From: Lama glama
Lineage: Eukaryota
Assembly (NCBI GenBank): GCA_028534125.1
Contig: CM052817.1
Span: forward strand, 78,308,001 to 78,372,000
Direction: 5' to 3'
DNA length: 64,000 bases
Positions 14,479 through 28,829 of the stretch are shown in pieces. The stretch's first letter is position 1. Each line of letters opens with the position of its first letter. The notes beneath the pieces were generated by a model. That model had not been told where the DNA came from. It saw only the letters and a program-made list of their open reading frames with translations, and made no database searches. A program made the translations under genes and the position numbers.

Positions 14479-17328
14479 GATCCAGACGTCCCTGTTCCTG
14501 GATGCTGCCTGTTCTGACCGTCCCACCCCACCGTCGCTCACGGTCCTCATTTCATTACGGGCTCCCTGAGACTACGTGACTAAACGCTTCCTCAGAGCAG
14601 GCTGTGAACACCTTACCTATGTTATGCTATAGCACAAACATAAATTGCTAAACCTAGTGTGGGGAATCTGAGCTGAATAAAATCACATGATTTCATAAGA
14701 AAACATAATAAAGAGAGAGAAAAAATAAATTGATAGAACTCAAAATAAGGAGAACTCTACCATCATAGTAGAAAAAAACCTACATAAACCCATTTGGTCA
14801 CTGAGCCAAGTTCCAGCTTGGAAGGGTAAATGGATGTGCATGATTTGGAGGACAGTACAAAGCAAATAAAAGAAAGCAAATGCAACATCTGCCCACGCTG
14901 GAAAAGAAATCCATGCCAGGTTGGTTGTGGAAGCCCAGATGCCAGCAAGCAGCCGGGTCTCTGCTGTCACTGACATTGGCTGGCACCCACCACTCCAAAT
15001 ACAACCACAGCTACGTTGCCAGGCAATCGTCACAAAAAAACATAGGCTTTGCATCAAAATAACTTAAAGAATTGGAAAATGTGAAAATGAGTCTGATTTT
15101 AAACAGAAAAATCTAGTTATAAGCAAATAACAATTATAATTAATTATACAATTACTTGTGTGGGCATACACATACACATAGGCCACCTTTATATTTTTAT
15201 TTTATTTAAATGTATGTGTTGGCCGCGTAGGCCTCAGCCATGTTTGAATTTAGGTGGTAAGTTTCCTTGATCAGAAACCAATAGGTCAGAATCTGCATGA
15301 CATTTTGTGCAGATTCATGCACACAATGAATAGCCAGATCATACATAAAATGACTCAAATTTTAAAATATAGTTTAGATTACACATAATATAGAACATAA
15401 TATATGACAACAATAAACACTACATATATTTAATATTTTTGTCAGAATTCTTGGAGGTCAAAAATCTAATTGTAACTTTGTAGAGGATAATCTTAATCAA
15501 AAATTTAAGAGAAATTACTAGTTTAAGTACATTATTCTCTACTGCCCATCCTTCTGACAAGTAAAATAAAATGTAGGCACACAGAATTCGCAAGGACAGA
15601 ATTATTTTGAATACTCAAGGGTTCTATGATCAATTCATCTTTTCTATGCTGAAATACATATTTTAATACATTCTGAACAATAATCACTGCCTTTTAAAAA
15701 CACACACTAACAACCATAATTCAATTACATGATGATGTCTCAGGGCATTATTATAAATGTACTGCTACGATATATAGAAATAATACATTTTCCCCATTTC
15801 CCGCTTGCCCTCCTTCCATACACAGATTACATGCACAAGCACACACATGCAGACCTAAAATCTGCCGGGCAAATCGTAAGCGATGCTTTCAGGGTGGCAC
15901 AAAGACATCTCCTGGTCCAGAACGGAAGGCTGCTGATTTGCCCGTGCCCGTGCCCATCACAAGTCCACACGACCCCCGTACATAGAAGAGGGTGGTGCCC
16001 GATGACGCCAAAGCCTATGCTGTCAGGTTGCAGGGGCTGGCCCCGGGCTTGGGAGCGCTCTCTCCTCTCTCTTCATCATTTACCTGCTTCTTCTGTACAC
16101 CCGGGACAGGGTGCGAGCAGCCCCGGCACTCCTTTAAGTCCACCTGTCCTCCCTCCACACGGCTCTCTGCTGCCCTTTTCCTTCTGCTTCTACTTTTCTT
16201 TTTGTTGTTCTCTGCTTCTGCTGCACATATTGGACTTTGTCCTGAAAACCTCACTTTCTCTAGATACTTCTAAGCAAGAAGACCTTTCTTTCTTTAGGGC
16301 ACCCATTATTCCACAGCCATCACGTATAATGCTTGATCTTTTTGATTATCTGTTTTCTATCAAAGTATGAAAGAGGCTATTCTAAGATGATAAATACTAA
16401 GCTGACCTATGTCTTTTAGCTTTTGCCAGAAAATTTCCAAAATGAGAAATTATGTTGCATGGCTGTCCTTCTTCTCCACTTATGTGCAATAATTCCAGTA
16501 TTGATTCTCTGACCTGCTTAAACTAACATTTTTTCAGTCACAAAACAGTTCCTGTACTAGACACTGTGCTAGGTGCTGGTGACACCATGGTAAGGAAAGT
16601 TAAATACCATGGCTCTTGAATAAAAAGCTTCAGCAGTGTTACCAGTTACTCAGGGTACCACACACAGTCCAGCCACTGAGAAACGCTTTAGATACATATA
16701 AACTAACCTGGCCACCAAAATTAAGAGTATTCTTTCCAGTCTTTTCAAGTACTTCTCTACATGACAGATAACACCCAGACAAGGTTCTTAAGGAGAATGT
16801 TTAGTTGTTCATTCACCCTTCACTAGGGCACAGCCCTCTTTCATGGGAGAAATTACACAGGAAGTTGTAAGAAATGAAAGAAACCCTTTGGGAAGCAATA
16901 CGTGGCATAAAACACTATTATGGCCGCAGCACACTTACATCCAATAAAATCTTATAGCATCCAAGCCACATTCCAAAGGCTTTTTAAAATTTGTAAAGGC
17001 TACACTTAATGCGAGATAAGGGAGGGGCAAGCCCATAGCCTTCTATAAAACTGTTACTCCCTGCTCCACCCACTGAAACAGTATGTAAAGTAAAGCACAC
17101 ATATCACAACCAGACATTAATCAGTTTCCACCTCAGCTTTTTCATTTTGGGAAAGTATCCTTATTCAAGATTTTTCTAGAATAAAGAACTGGATTCTGTA
17201 AATTGTTTAAAGAGAGAAAAGAGCCAGGATGAATTCTTAACCTGGGAGTCATTTTGTAAAACTGCAATATTCATTATCCTGGAAGAATCTGATTTCTCTA
17301 TAATGTTTTTATCACCAATTACAATCTA

Positions 17329-17427
<99 letters not shown>

Positions 17428-20400
17428 CTAAATGGAAACGAAAAAAAAAAAAAGGGTTGAGGATAGATGTAAAGAATTAGGTACAAATGATTAAGTGCCT
17501 CTGACAACAGTAAATCCTTTTTTTTCCAGGATTACATTTGTTTAAAATGATTTAATATCACAATGAGGTTTTAAACAATTTATTGTGGGTATTCCCACTG
17601 GCTCAAAAAAACCTCTTAGAATCATGCATTAGTGTTAATTTGAAAATAATTCTGCAGTTTACTTTTTAAGCGTTTATGGAGCCCCCATCTAAAAATGATT
17701 AAGTTATACAAAACCGGTATATGCTAGCAAAACCACATAATCAAAATGGGGCTGCAGCTGCCCTTGACTGCTGCCAAGAAACACTTTCTTGGGAGCTTTT
17801 TTCACATTCTTTGTGTGTATTTAACGCTTGAGGACAGAATTAATCTCAATAAAGTAATCTGTTACTTGCATTATGTTTGTCTGACTGGACTGAGTTTACT
17901 GCAAAGTACAAAGGAACAGAAATCTGACTTGATCTTTGAAATCAGCAGGTGCTAATTGAACAGTCAATTTGAAAGAACATTCCTGCCCTCAACATACCTT
18001 TAATCTGGGCATCAAACAACCACACGAGGAAAGGTGAATGAGTATCATCACAAGCCAGTTTCGACAAAATGTTCGAGTTCAAAGAAAAAAGAGTGACCTC
18101 TCCAAAAAGAGGAGGCAGATGGAGGGTTTTAAACTTGTCTCACAATCTCATCAGGAGGCCAGTGTTTCTACCAACATCAAAATGGGTCATTCCAATAAAT
18201 GCGAGGTCAGAGCTATTTTTCAAGTCCCATTGTTTTTCAAACTCAGGAGAAGGGAAAAGTTGGGAGAAGGAGGCAATGACTTCAGATATCTGCATATTCT
18301 CTCTCACTGTTTTTAGAATTTATTTTATTTTAACTTTAACTTAAATATTAATAAAAGCATATAGTGAATCATCTGGGTTACCATCTTCATCACAAAGCAG
18401 AGCTTCCAGGGCCTGTGTTTGCATTTGCTTTTAAGCAAATTACTGGCAAGTAGTATCATTTGAATTTCCATGAGCTACTGTAAAAAGAATAGGAAAGGTT
18501 TTTAAAAAATTATGGGTTCCCAGAAGGAGAAGACACACTGGCTGGGATAGAGAAAAAGGGATGGGACAACGATGTCCCCACCTGACAACCTCAAAGAACC
18601 ACAAACTCAGCAAAACATTCTCAGCCTCCATATTAAACTAATTGTTAACTTTAATATAATTGGCTTCATAGTCTTATTGGTTGATACTTAACTTGTAAAT
18701 TTCCATATCTGAATTATCATCTGTATTTGGATATACACTATCACATTTGTAAGTTTTAAAAGAGTTACAAACAAAACACCTTACCCAGCATCAGTGTCCT
18801 TTAGATTGTTTTCCCCTTGGAAATGATTTATATTACACTCAAGTGTGAGGAATACAGTCTAATCAGTGTCCACCTTAGCCAATGACACTGTCTACAACAG
18901 ACATTTCCTTGATTCTACATTTGGCAGGCACTTAACTTTCCATTTTCACTACAAGTCCTTACACAGAACAGCTATACATTCTTTATACCTCAGCAAGAAC
19001 TGCTACTCCCATGGTCCACATTATGGTTCAGTTTAAAGGAAATGGTGTAACATTTTTAACGTATAACAGACCTGTGTTCTTCTTCCCTGACAGAAGGGAC
19101 AAAATATGGCAATTCTTTCTTGATTAATGTAAGGTTGTTTAGAAATTGTACACATCTATTATTACAATACTGGATTTTTCCAAACAGCCAACTTCCAATT
19201 TATTTGTAATATCTTTATAAAATCCACAGGATTTCTTGCTGCTACATAAATATTTCATCGTTTGCTTACAAGACGTCAGTTGCTTACCCTTCAGTGGTAT
19301 AAGGTTCAAAATAAAAGGCATTAAGGCAACATTAATGAAAAAAATAAAAGTGTTCCTTTTGGCTTAACTCAAAAACATATCTTATTATTAGGTACAGAAT
19401 TTGATTAGTTGATATTAAAAAGCACTGAAAGTATAATACTAAAATTTCTTAAATTTGGATAAGAAAGCACGGAAACAGATCACTGTGAAAATGATATTGG
19501 GTAAATGTATGAGACAAAAATGAACAATGTACTCCAGAATGTAGTCTATGACAATCTGTTATTGCAGACAAATAACTGTATCTCTCTTGAAAACACACTA
19601 TACTTTTCACTCAGTGATTAAAATGCAACAAAAGTGTACTAAATTCATGGAAAAAAGTAATCCAAGCAAAGAAAGTTGAAAGACTAAACTATTCAGAGAT
19701 TTGAAAAGAGAAGACCATATCAATATTACTGAGCATTAAAGATACAGGAAAAGAAATTTACTCAACTCAGTCCCTTTGAAACAGCTGTATTAAGGACAGG
19801 TACCAAAATTAAAATCATGACATGGGAGTCACTTCACATTGAATACTCGCGGGGCACACTGAGCAGCAGAAAACTACCACACTTCACACTCATTTCTAAG
19901 GTCAATGTTAAAACTTTAAATTGCTTTTCTTATAATATCAATTTTGCTATTTTAAAGATACACTTAAAATGTATTTAATCAACAAATAAAAATAAACTGT
20001 TGATTTGCTTGGGCCAATTAGCATAACACAAATAAGGTAATCTCCAAATCACCATCAGTAAGAACATCATTTTATTTGAGCAGGGCAGGTAGGTTCTAGG
20101 TTTCCCTAGGTTCATGCAAGAGGAAGAAGGACCACTCGGCTCCTACAAGAGCTCTTCTAACAACCTGTCAATAAATATCTGAACTAGCTTTGAAAAATAA
20201 AACTATTCAAGCTCTACTCAATATCTTTCAAAAGAAACCTATGTTAACAAAAAAATGTGTAAAAATCGAGAAGCTCCCACCAGGTACTTTGTATGACCCA
20301 TCTATCAGCACAGCTTCGGACCGTGTGGAGTCCAGACCCAGATCTAGGTCTGCTTCTATATGATAAATATGACTCTTCTGATAAAATGAAGAAAATAGAC

Positions 20401-20523
20401 ATTTGCTGAATGTATCAATCATGTGTTCCTTATTTGTCATTTTGAGTAAATATTTTGATAAAGTTGATCATCACATGCTAATTAACATACATGCCTGTTG
20501 ACATTAAATACGTAATCCAGTCA

Positions 20524-20709
<186 letters not shown>

Positions 20710-23700
20710 TTAGAAATGAAAAAGTCAAATAAGAGAAACACAGACACACAGCAGGGTGCTATTAAACCCCCTCATGAGTACCAGACTCAGTGTTGTTTTC
20801 TCCAAAAAGTAGTTAGCGTGTTCACAGCTCAATTTATCATAACCATTAAAGGTGATTTTTCCAACACATTTTCAGTTCCATATTTGCTAATTCTCTGTGT
20901 GAAGGCAAGGAGGTGGGGGAGTCTTCTAACCATCTTGGACCCTCAGTGTCCTTAACTGGAAAATGTGAGGATTGAATTGGCTACTTTTCTAAAGGTACCA
21001 TGAACTTTCTTTAAAAGTATGTATTTCTAGGGCAGGGGTTCGGATTTGTGGTAAGTAGATACTTGTGACAAAAGGCTTCTGTCCAGCAGACTGAGCTGCC
21101 TTTGGGGTCTCTCCTCAACTCCCTTCAAACCCCCCACTCTCTCCCCGGCCTTCAGGGACACAGCAGAACTGGGTCCCAGGCAGCAAGCTGGAGGGATGCC
21201 CCTGAAGGCAGATGTCAGAGTGGGCCCTTCATCCCGGGACAGGAGCAGCCTACAACATGCCTTCCTTCCTCAGCACTCTCTCAGGACCCTGGACTGGAGG
21301 CTCTCCAGTCAGTCCTCGGTCTGCTGCGAAATGGCTGGAGAAGGGGTTCAACTTCCAGGCTCTCAGACAGTGTGGGAGTTGCCTTTCAGAGAGGAATCTG
21401 GATTGGGGCAGGGGGACCCAGATCCCCTGGGGCCCTGGGAAAGTTTTCCTCTTCTTCTTCAACAGCTTATGCTTGCAGGAAAGGAACTCCAGAAGCTGTG
21501 TGTAAGGAGTTTATGATATTTTTAAAACTTTCACATCATGCTATGTCTAAAGTTTAGTGGTCCATTTTAAATACATTTTAAGCTAACAATGTGCACAATT
21601 AGAAAATAGTGATTATCTCCTAGGAAGTTGTAACACACATGTAGTCTGTATAAAGATAGACTAGTATTTGCAGATATTTCCTCTTTCCAGAGAAAAATTG
21701 CAATAGCACAGATTCACGTATTATACCCACTATGAGACAAAATCTGCAGATAACTTCCTACGTCTGGATAAGAGAACACCTCAATTTCAACCAAGCTCTT
21801 CTAACTTCCCTCCGTTTTCACTAGTATGAATTTAAAAATGTGAAGATCTTATTATTTCTCCATACCAATTTTAAGGAAGGAAGGACAAAGAGAAAGAACA
21901 AAAAAGGCAAAGGCAAATTACCCTCCCTTTGTCTTTTCAAACAGAACTATAGCTTTTAATTTAAAGTCTCTTAAAGTCTCTAAGGAAGTTGTTGAGTTGT
22001 TGAAATTTGACGCTTGAAACAAAGTCACCCCCAAACCGGGCAGGAACTGTGTCGATTCTGAGAGCTGTGTTTACCTGCTGCCTTTGTGCATGTTTGTTGC
22101 AGGGTGTTAGTGTTGTCACCTGGCTTGCTTTATGTATCTTTTCAGATTTATTTAACATTTTATTTGTATAAAATATATACCCAGTAAGAGTAGAAGGACA
22201 ATTGATAAAAGATTGTAAATGGTAGTAATACCAAATCTATTCAAGCACTGGAAAAAAAAAATACTCTAAGACTGCTCCTATCAATGTATTTCCATTAAAT
22301 CATCAGGTGAATCAAAATATTGGTTCTTGTACAAAAATCTCATCAAGCTATACCAAGGGAGTCCATGCCGTTCTTCTTTCATATTTTAATTTCCAGATTT
22401 CTTTGTTTTAACTTTATCAGAATTTTAAAATTCTGATATTAGATTTTACCTGATTTTATCAGATTTCTTTACCTTAAATTTACCGGGATTTTCCCCTTTC
22501 TTAAAGCCAAGACGCTAGCTACTAACTTACCTTTTGGTTTTCAGTGGATTAGATAATAAAAGTAATTTCCAAAATAATTATGACATCTTATTCTTCATAT
22601 TTTGAGCGAGAATGCTGATGTTAAGTCTCTAAAACAAACTTCATGTTTTGAAATTAAAAGGGTTTTTGTTTCTATATTGTATAAGACAAGATCTACTCTC
22701 TGTCCTTTCCATTTGCACCACTTTGGTTTTGCCATCCTTTTGGCTCACTAGCCTTAACTGATGTTTACCTTAAGTAAGGCATTTACTTACTCCATTACCA
22801 AGGTGACTTTCCTAGCTAAATATCTTAATGCAGCTTTATAAAGTCTCTGACTGATGTGGTGATCAGCATTATATTAAACACAGAACGCACAAGCACAGTC
22901 TACACCTGGTCACTTCAATCCTACGTCTCAAATTGATGACAAACAATAAGCTGAAATCAAAAGTATTCAATTCTTTCTATTAAAAACCCCTTGCTGCTAT
23001 TAAAAATAAAATTTCATCTGTGCAAAAAAAAAAAAATTCCCTGAGCATCAGATCAAGTTTAGCCACATAAGTCTTAATGGTATGAATGAGGCTCCCTTGT
23101 CTAAATCCCTGTTCTAAAATCCCTTCATCTCATAATAGTTATTTTTATCAATCAAATGATAGTGAAATGGGATGGAAATTCCTGCTGTTACATGACATAT
23201 TTTATTTCTTAAATACACAGATGTTCTTTATAATGAAAATGTAAAGTAGTGCTAACAACTTCTCCAGAGCTGTAAGGCGAGCAGAGAATGGCTGAGATCA
23301 CAGCACTGTCTTTCTTCTAGGCAAAGAGGCATTTTATCACAATCATTACCACTCAATAAACAGAGAGACTTCAACATCTTTATTATGTTGTATTTTAAAT
23401 ACTTTGACTTGACCAGAGAAAATCTCTTCCAAGATGCTAGCCTATCTGTACAATCAAATGTCAAGACTGATTAATTGCTCTGTGCTCCTCAGAAATATTA
23501 ACAATTTAATCAGCAGTAGAAACTTCATGTTAGAGGATGTTCCACTGAAAACACAACTCGAATTAAAAGCAAGCATATAAATATTATCTATGTTATACCA
23601 TTTTAATTTAATTTTAGATACAGTAATGTAGTAAATCTCTGGTAACTTCAACATCTGAACACAGAACCCACTTTAAAACCCCACTTGGCCATAACACTTT

Positions 23701-23867
23701 CTTCTCTGAAATAAAGTGACCTCCTTCAGCAATACAGCTATAAATTGTAGTATTCTAAAAGGAGCTCTGAGTGTAACCACTAGACAGACTTTCATGGTAT
23801 TTATGTGAATAACTTATTCCCCCTGCAAAAAAAAAAAAAAAATGCGCTTGCCAGACAAAGTAAGAGC

Positions 23868-24052
23868 TCAGAGGCAGTGTGGTAAGCAGGAGGAGCGCCT
23901 GACCACTAGAGGCACGGGGGCCGCCCCCAGTGCTGTGCAGCCCTGAGTGTGTCGCTGTGCTTCTCGGAGCCTTAGTTTGCTCAATTCCCCTCAAATTAAG
24001 AGGTTAAATTACACAGTAACTCTGATCCTTCCCAGTTTTAAAAGTCTGTGAG
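23868..24052 (+). mobile_element. MIR3/MIRc-like SINE, unusually GC-rich copy
   Basis: Starts gaggcagtgtggtaag, has core-like gagccttagtttgctca, and ends ccttcccagttttaaaagtctgtga. Confidence 0.55.
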
Positions 24053-24330
24053 CTAATAAAGTCATGCCAGATACCTGCATGTTTTAAAGAGTCAGATTTG
24101 TTTCCTTAATCATTACATTTAAAAGGAAACAAAAATGTCTGTTTCAGAACAAATTTCAAAGATACTTTATTGACATGGCATGTTTTCATACACAATCTTG
24201 AAATAGTGGGAAAAAATTTTATAAAATGATGAATCTTACTGTGGGAAGATAAAGCAAGGATAAAGGAAGAAAAGGTGAAAGGCAGTTATCAGTCCTTTTT
24301 AAGTTTAAAAGCAGATGACGTAACTACTTA

Positions 24331-24618
<288 letters not shown>

Positions 24619-25059
24619 CTATCCCATTTCTTCTGGTGACTTCTTCCCCATAAACTTGGAAACACAAATATGCTGTGTTCACCGGAGAAAAACTGTCTTT
24701 TTAACGTCTCACATGAATTATTAACTTGATACACAGTAAAGAAAATCGTTCCTATAATCTCAAATGCTCATCTCAATACACACTAAGATGTCTCAGGATC
24801 TACTTTGCTGAGTGAAATGATACGCAATTGCTCTAAAGATTAAACCTTCTTTATCACTGGACAGACTTTAATGATGCTGGTACAACATTCTCCACACAGA
24901 TAAAGGACACTGCTATAAGGGAGATTGTTTCCATCCTTTCTGTTTCAACTTGACTGAATAATTTCAAGTCATTTTTAATCCTAGGTGCTGCTCTTCCCCT
25001 AAATCAAACTGGAGTATTTATTTACTCGTGTTATATTAATTCTGGATAACATTCATTAA

Positions 25060-25225
25060 ATATTTATTTTATGTCAAATGCTAGGTTAAACACTTTACAT
25101 GAATTATTTCACTTCATTCTAACAGCAATTTGATAAATAAAATACTACGATTGTCCCCATTTTATAGATAAGAAAACCAAGGCTCAAAAAGTTTCAGTAA
25201 CTTGCCAAATGTCAAACAGCATAGA
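25060..25225 (-). mobile_element. MIR SINE
   Basis: ccccattttatagataagaaaaccaaggctcaaaaagtttcagtaacttgcc is a reverse-strand MIR core. Confidence 0.75.
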
Positions 25226-25759
25226 TGCAGCAAGTATGATTAATCACATGACAGACAAAAATAAATGCGTAAACCAGCAACAACAGAAAACCACCTGCTA
25301 GATCTGAAAGTCAAAAACAAAAACAACAAAACAACAAAACAACAACAACAACAAAACCCCAGCTTATTCACTTCACCTATTTTCCATTACACATGAGTAT
25401 TAACCCATTTGGCATAAATAAGAAAATAAAATTCTATTCTACCCGATGGCAAGAAAATAATGCTCACAAATGCTAAAATATAGAAAACGGAACTATGTTT
25501 TCTTATTGCAATAAAGCAAATCACATAATTGATGGCTTTTTATGATATCTGTGATATAAAAATAAGGGAATAATTTAAGGAAAGGTCACTTTATTCACAG
25601 CATATAGATTTATACCTGATTAATGAATATTATAATATTAAAGGTACAAACATTACCTATTAACATAATGTTAGTGAAAAGGGATTATCATGCCTGTTTT
25701 CAACTGTAAAAATATATTAAAAGGATGGGAGGAACAAACATTTAAAACTCAGGATAAAC

Positions 25760-26320
25760 TACAGATATTCAAATGTGCTATTTAGCTGGGAATAAATATA
25801 TACATGAAATAGAACAAAAAGCAGGTTTCTTTCATTACACAAGATATATGAACATTTAATATAGGAAAATATGGCATTTCAAATTGGGAGCAGAACAGTG
25901 GATTATTTAGTAAGTGGTTGTGAAGCAACTGTATAGACATTCAAAATGAAGTTGTGTCTATTCTTCACCCCTTAACATCAATAAAATTTTTTGAAATTTA
26001 AAAATTTTTTTAAATTTTTGAAAATCATTTCTATTCAGATGTTTTTTCAAATGTGAAATGTAAGACACTAAATAGAGTAGAAGAAAATACGAGTGAATAT
26101 TTAAATAATTTTTACTGTTATTTACTAAAAAGGCTTCTAAGGATGCCAGAAACCCAGGAATTCAGGTGAGGGAAAGGATTAAATTTAAAACTGCAAGACA
26201 AAAACGTTTGGTGTCAAAGACAGTATTTACAACATCAACCAAAAATTTAAAATTATTAATATAAAGAGTTATAGCAAATTAATAAGAAAATGTAAAAACT
26301 CCAAAAAGGGGGCAAAAGGA
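25760..26320 (+). mobile_element. Ancient L1 (L1ME/L1M-like) ORF2-end fragment
   Basis: Degenerate L1 strings (ggcatttcaaattggg...gattatttagtaagtggt; aaattaataagaaaa). Highly diverged. Confidence 0.45.
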
Positions 26321-26349
26321 CTCTCCTCCAAATAGCACTCTTAAAATTT

Positions 26350-26660
26350 CATTCATTATTTGTTTTGTGCCAAGTCTATGATATGCACTTCATGCCACTG
26401 CATGCCAGTCCTATTTTACATGCTGAGTATATAGCAGTTAAAAAAAAGAGAAAGAAAAAGACAAAAGTCCCCACTGTCATGGAGCTCTTAAATTGGTGGA
26501 GAAAGAAGGACAAATTAACAAACAGTAAATAGGAGATACATGCTACAGAGAAAAATAAAGTAGGGAAAAGGGACAGCAAATGTTTCAGAGAACAGGGCAG
26601 CAATTTTAAAAGGTGTCAAGGAAATTCTGGGTGAGAAGTGACACTTGAGAGAAGATCTGA
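26350..26660 (-). mobile_element. L2 LINE 3' fragment
   Basis: Begins with cattcatt (L2 tail on the reverse strand) and includes aagacaaaagtccccactgtcatggagct. Confidence 0.65.
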
Positions 26661-26732
26661 CGTAAGCGGGGGAGCAGGTGCGGGTCTCTCTCTGAATAAA
26701 GAAACTCAGGGACGTCCCCACAGCCTTAGGCA

Positions 26733-27007
26733 CACTCTTCCCTCCATATCCACGGACCAAAATCCAAGGACGCCCAAGTCCCTTATACAAAATGGCATAG
26801 TACCTGCATACAACCTATGCACATCCTCCCGTATACTTTAAATCATCTCTAAATTGTTATAGTACCTAATACAACGTAAATGGTTGCCAGTGAACAGCAA
26901 TTCAAGTTTTGCTTTTTGGCACCCCCTGGAATTTTTTTCCAAATAGTTTCCATTCGCAGTTGGTTGAGTCTGTGGATATGGCACCTGCAGACACAAAGGG
27001 CCAACTG
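26733..27007. mobile_element. TcMar-Tigger non-autonomous DNA transposon (MER2-like)
   Basis: Internal accaaaatccaaggacgcccaagtcccttatacaaaatggcatagta. Ends agggccaactg followed by TA. Confidence 0.8.
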
Positions 27008-28829
27008 TATACCGTGATCAAAGCAAAGGGAATTTGCTAAGAGAAGAGATGAAGTCTTCCTTGGAAGGTGGCAATTTAGATTCCCAACACAGGGATCTTC
27101 CCCCTCTACAATACTGCTGAGAGACGGCATCTCATATTTCTAACCAAGGGTGCCCCTAGCAAACACTGTTTGGAACACATCTGCTGATTTAACCAGTAAT
27201 TTGAAAGTTCTGCTTCCACATGGCCAATATTTATTACAGCTAGTTTAGAGCCATACAGAACAAGTTTATTTTCTCTTCCATAATGAAGCTCTTTGAATAT
27301 CTGGAAACAGCAACTATGTCCCTTCACAAACTGTCCAGATAACAGACACCTGTGGCTTCACTCATGAAGATATAGTTTTCAGGCACATCACAATAATAGT
27401 AAAGCAGAATTTTCTGCATAAAAGAAGGCATCCTGATTTTTATCATTCATATGGAACAAATCATAGCAGCTATACCTACTCCTCTAGTGGATAACTTGTT
27501 TGCTAGGCAAGATAGCTAAATAAATTGGTAATCTTGCACTGAACTTTATGGGTCATCCAAAAAGAAATGAGTGCAGATTTTTAAAGTACAAACAGACAAA
27601 TAAGCAAGAATGGACCAATCCTAGTCCTATCAAAAATTACTCTCTCTAAAAATTAATACCAGTCCTTCTACAGGAAATTGTTTTCTTATAGTATAAATCC
27701 TCAGAAATTAACAGATAATAAGAAACAGGGTGAGGATAAGATTCCAAATATTTGGTCATGAAAGATAGATAGGTAGATGATACAAAGACAGAAAGTAAAA
27801 TGTATATGCACGTTGTGTGTGTGTTTAAAACCACCAACCGCATAGTCTCAGTTGAAACCCTCATAAAAACTAAACTAGCCTATTTTCAACATAATACAGA
27901 TGCAAACCAAAGTCAAAAGACCTGAGTTTAGAATCACTTTCTAATTTTAAATATACAACACCCAATATGGATATTAGGTTCAAACCCTGTTTTTTACTGA
28001 AAATACTGCACTTCCGCGTATTTTAATTATCACATACAGTTCTCATTTGTACATCTCTAATTCTCACTGGTTCAGGTTTTGCAGTATTTTCTAGTACGAT
28101 ACAAATTGTTATATGAGAGAGAAGGATGTCCCTTTTTCAAAAACATAATACTTTTCCATTTAATTAACTTGGCTGCCACAAACTAACACTGTTGACATCA
28201 CTTAAAATTCATTACCCTGTAATATTGAGGGTTCACATAAGTATTCTTCCTGCCCTCACACTAAATTGCTCCCGTTTGCTATGTTCTATGAATTTCAGAG
28301 TTTACTTTTCAAAGTTTTTTGCCTTCTCTGAGTGTAACAAGCCATCACCATATTTTTTGGCTATGGCTAACCTAACTGAGTCTGGTTTTTTTTCAACCCT
28401 CTTACTGAATCTTCTCATAGATCCCATGGGCTGAGTCAATCAAGCTTGGCAGAACTTCAGGCAGAATAAAAATGAAAGGGTTAAGGGCCAAAGCTCCATG
28501 TTATACTAAATAACATGTTTTAATACATGAAAAAGTAACATACTGGTAGTGGAGAATTAATTTAATGATTATGGAGGAAAATGAGCTGTTTTTATTTCCT
28601 GCCTTGTCTACCCAAAAGGGGAAAGAACAAAACATTTCTGAACCAAATCACTCACAAGAGCAAGTGCTTATCAGAAGAATTTTTGTGAAGAAGAGCTGCT
28701 TTTTAATATATGACACTGATTTCCAAGAAGACAAAAAGGAAGCAGTCATAAGCATCTGCTTATTAATATTACTCTTCCTAAAACACCACATAAAAGAATT
28801 TTGAAGAAGGAAAACTACAAAGGAGCCCT

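Noticed and set aside
15729..16370. 213-aa plus-strand ORF
   Set aside because: Low-complexity translation with no recognisable domain; explained by local GC and pyrimidine richness.
21102..21557. Overlapping ORFs in several frames
   Set aside because: A GC-rich patch lowers stop frequency; no recognisable protein or convincing splice context.
23898..23935. CTCF-like ccactagaggcac
   Set aside because: Spacing is off by one base from the core consensus, and it sits inside a MIR-like element.
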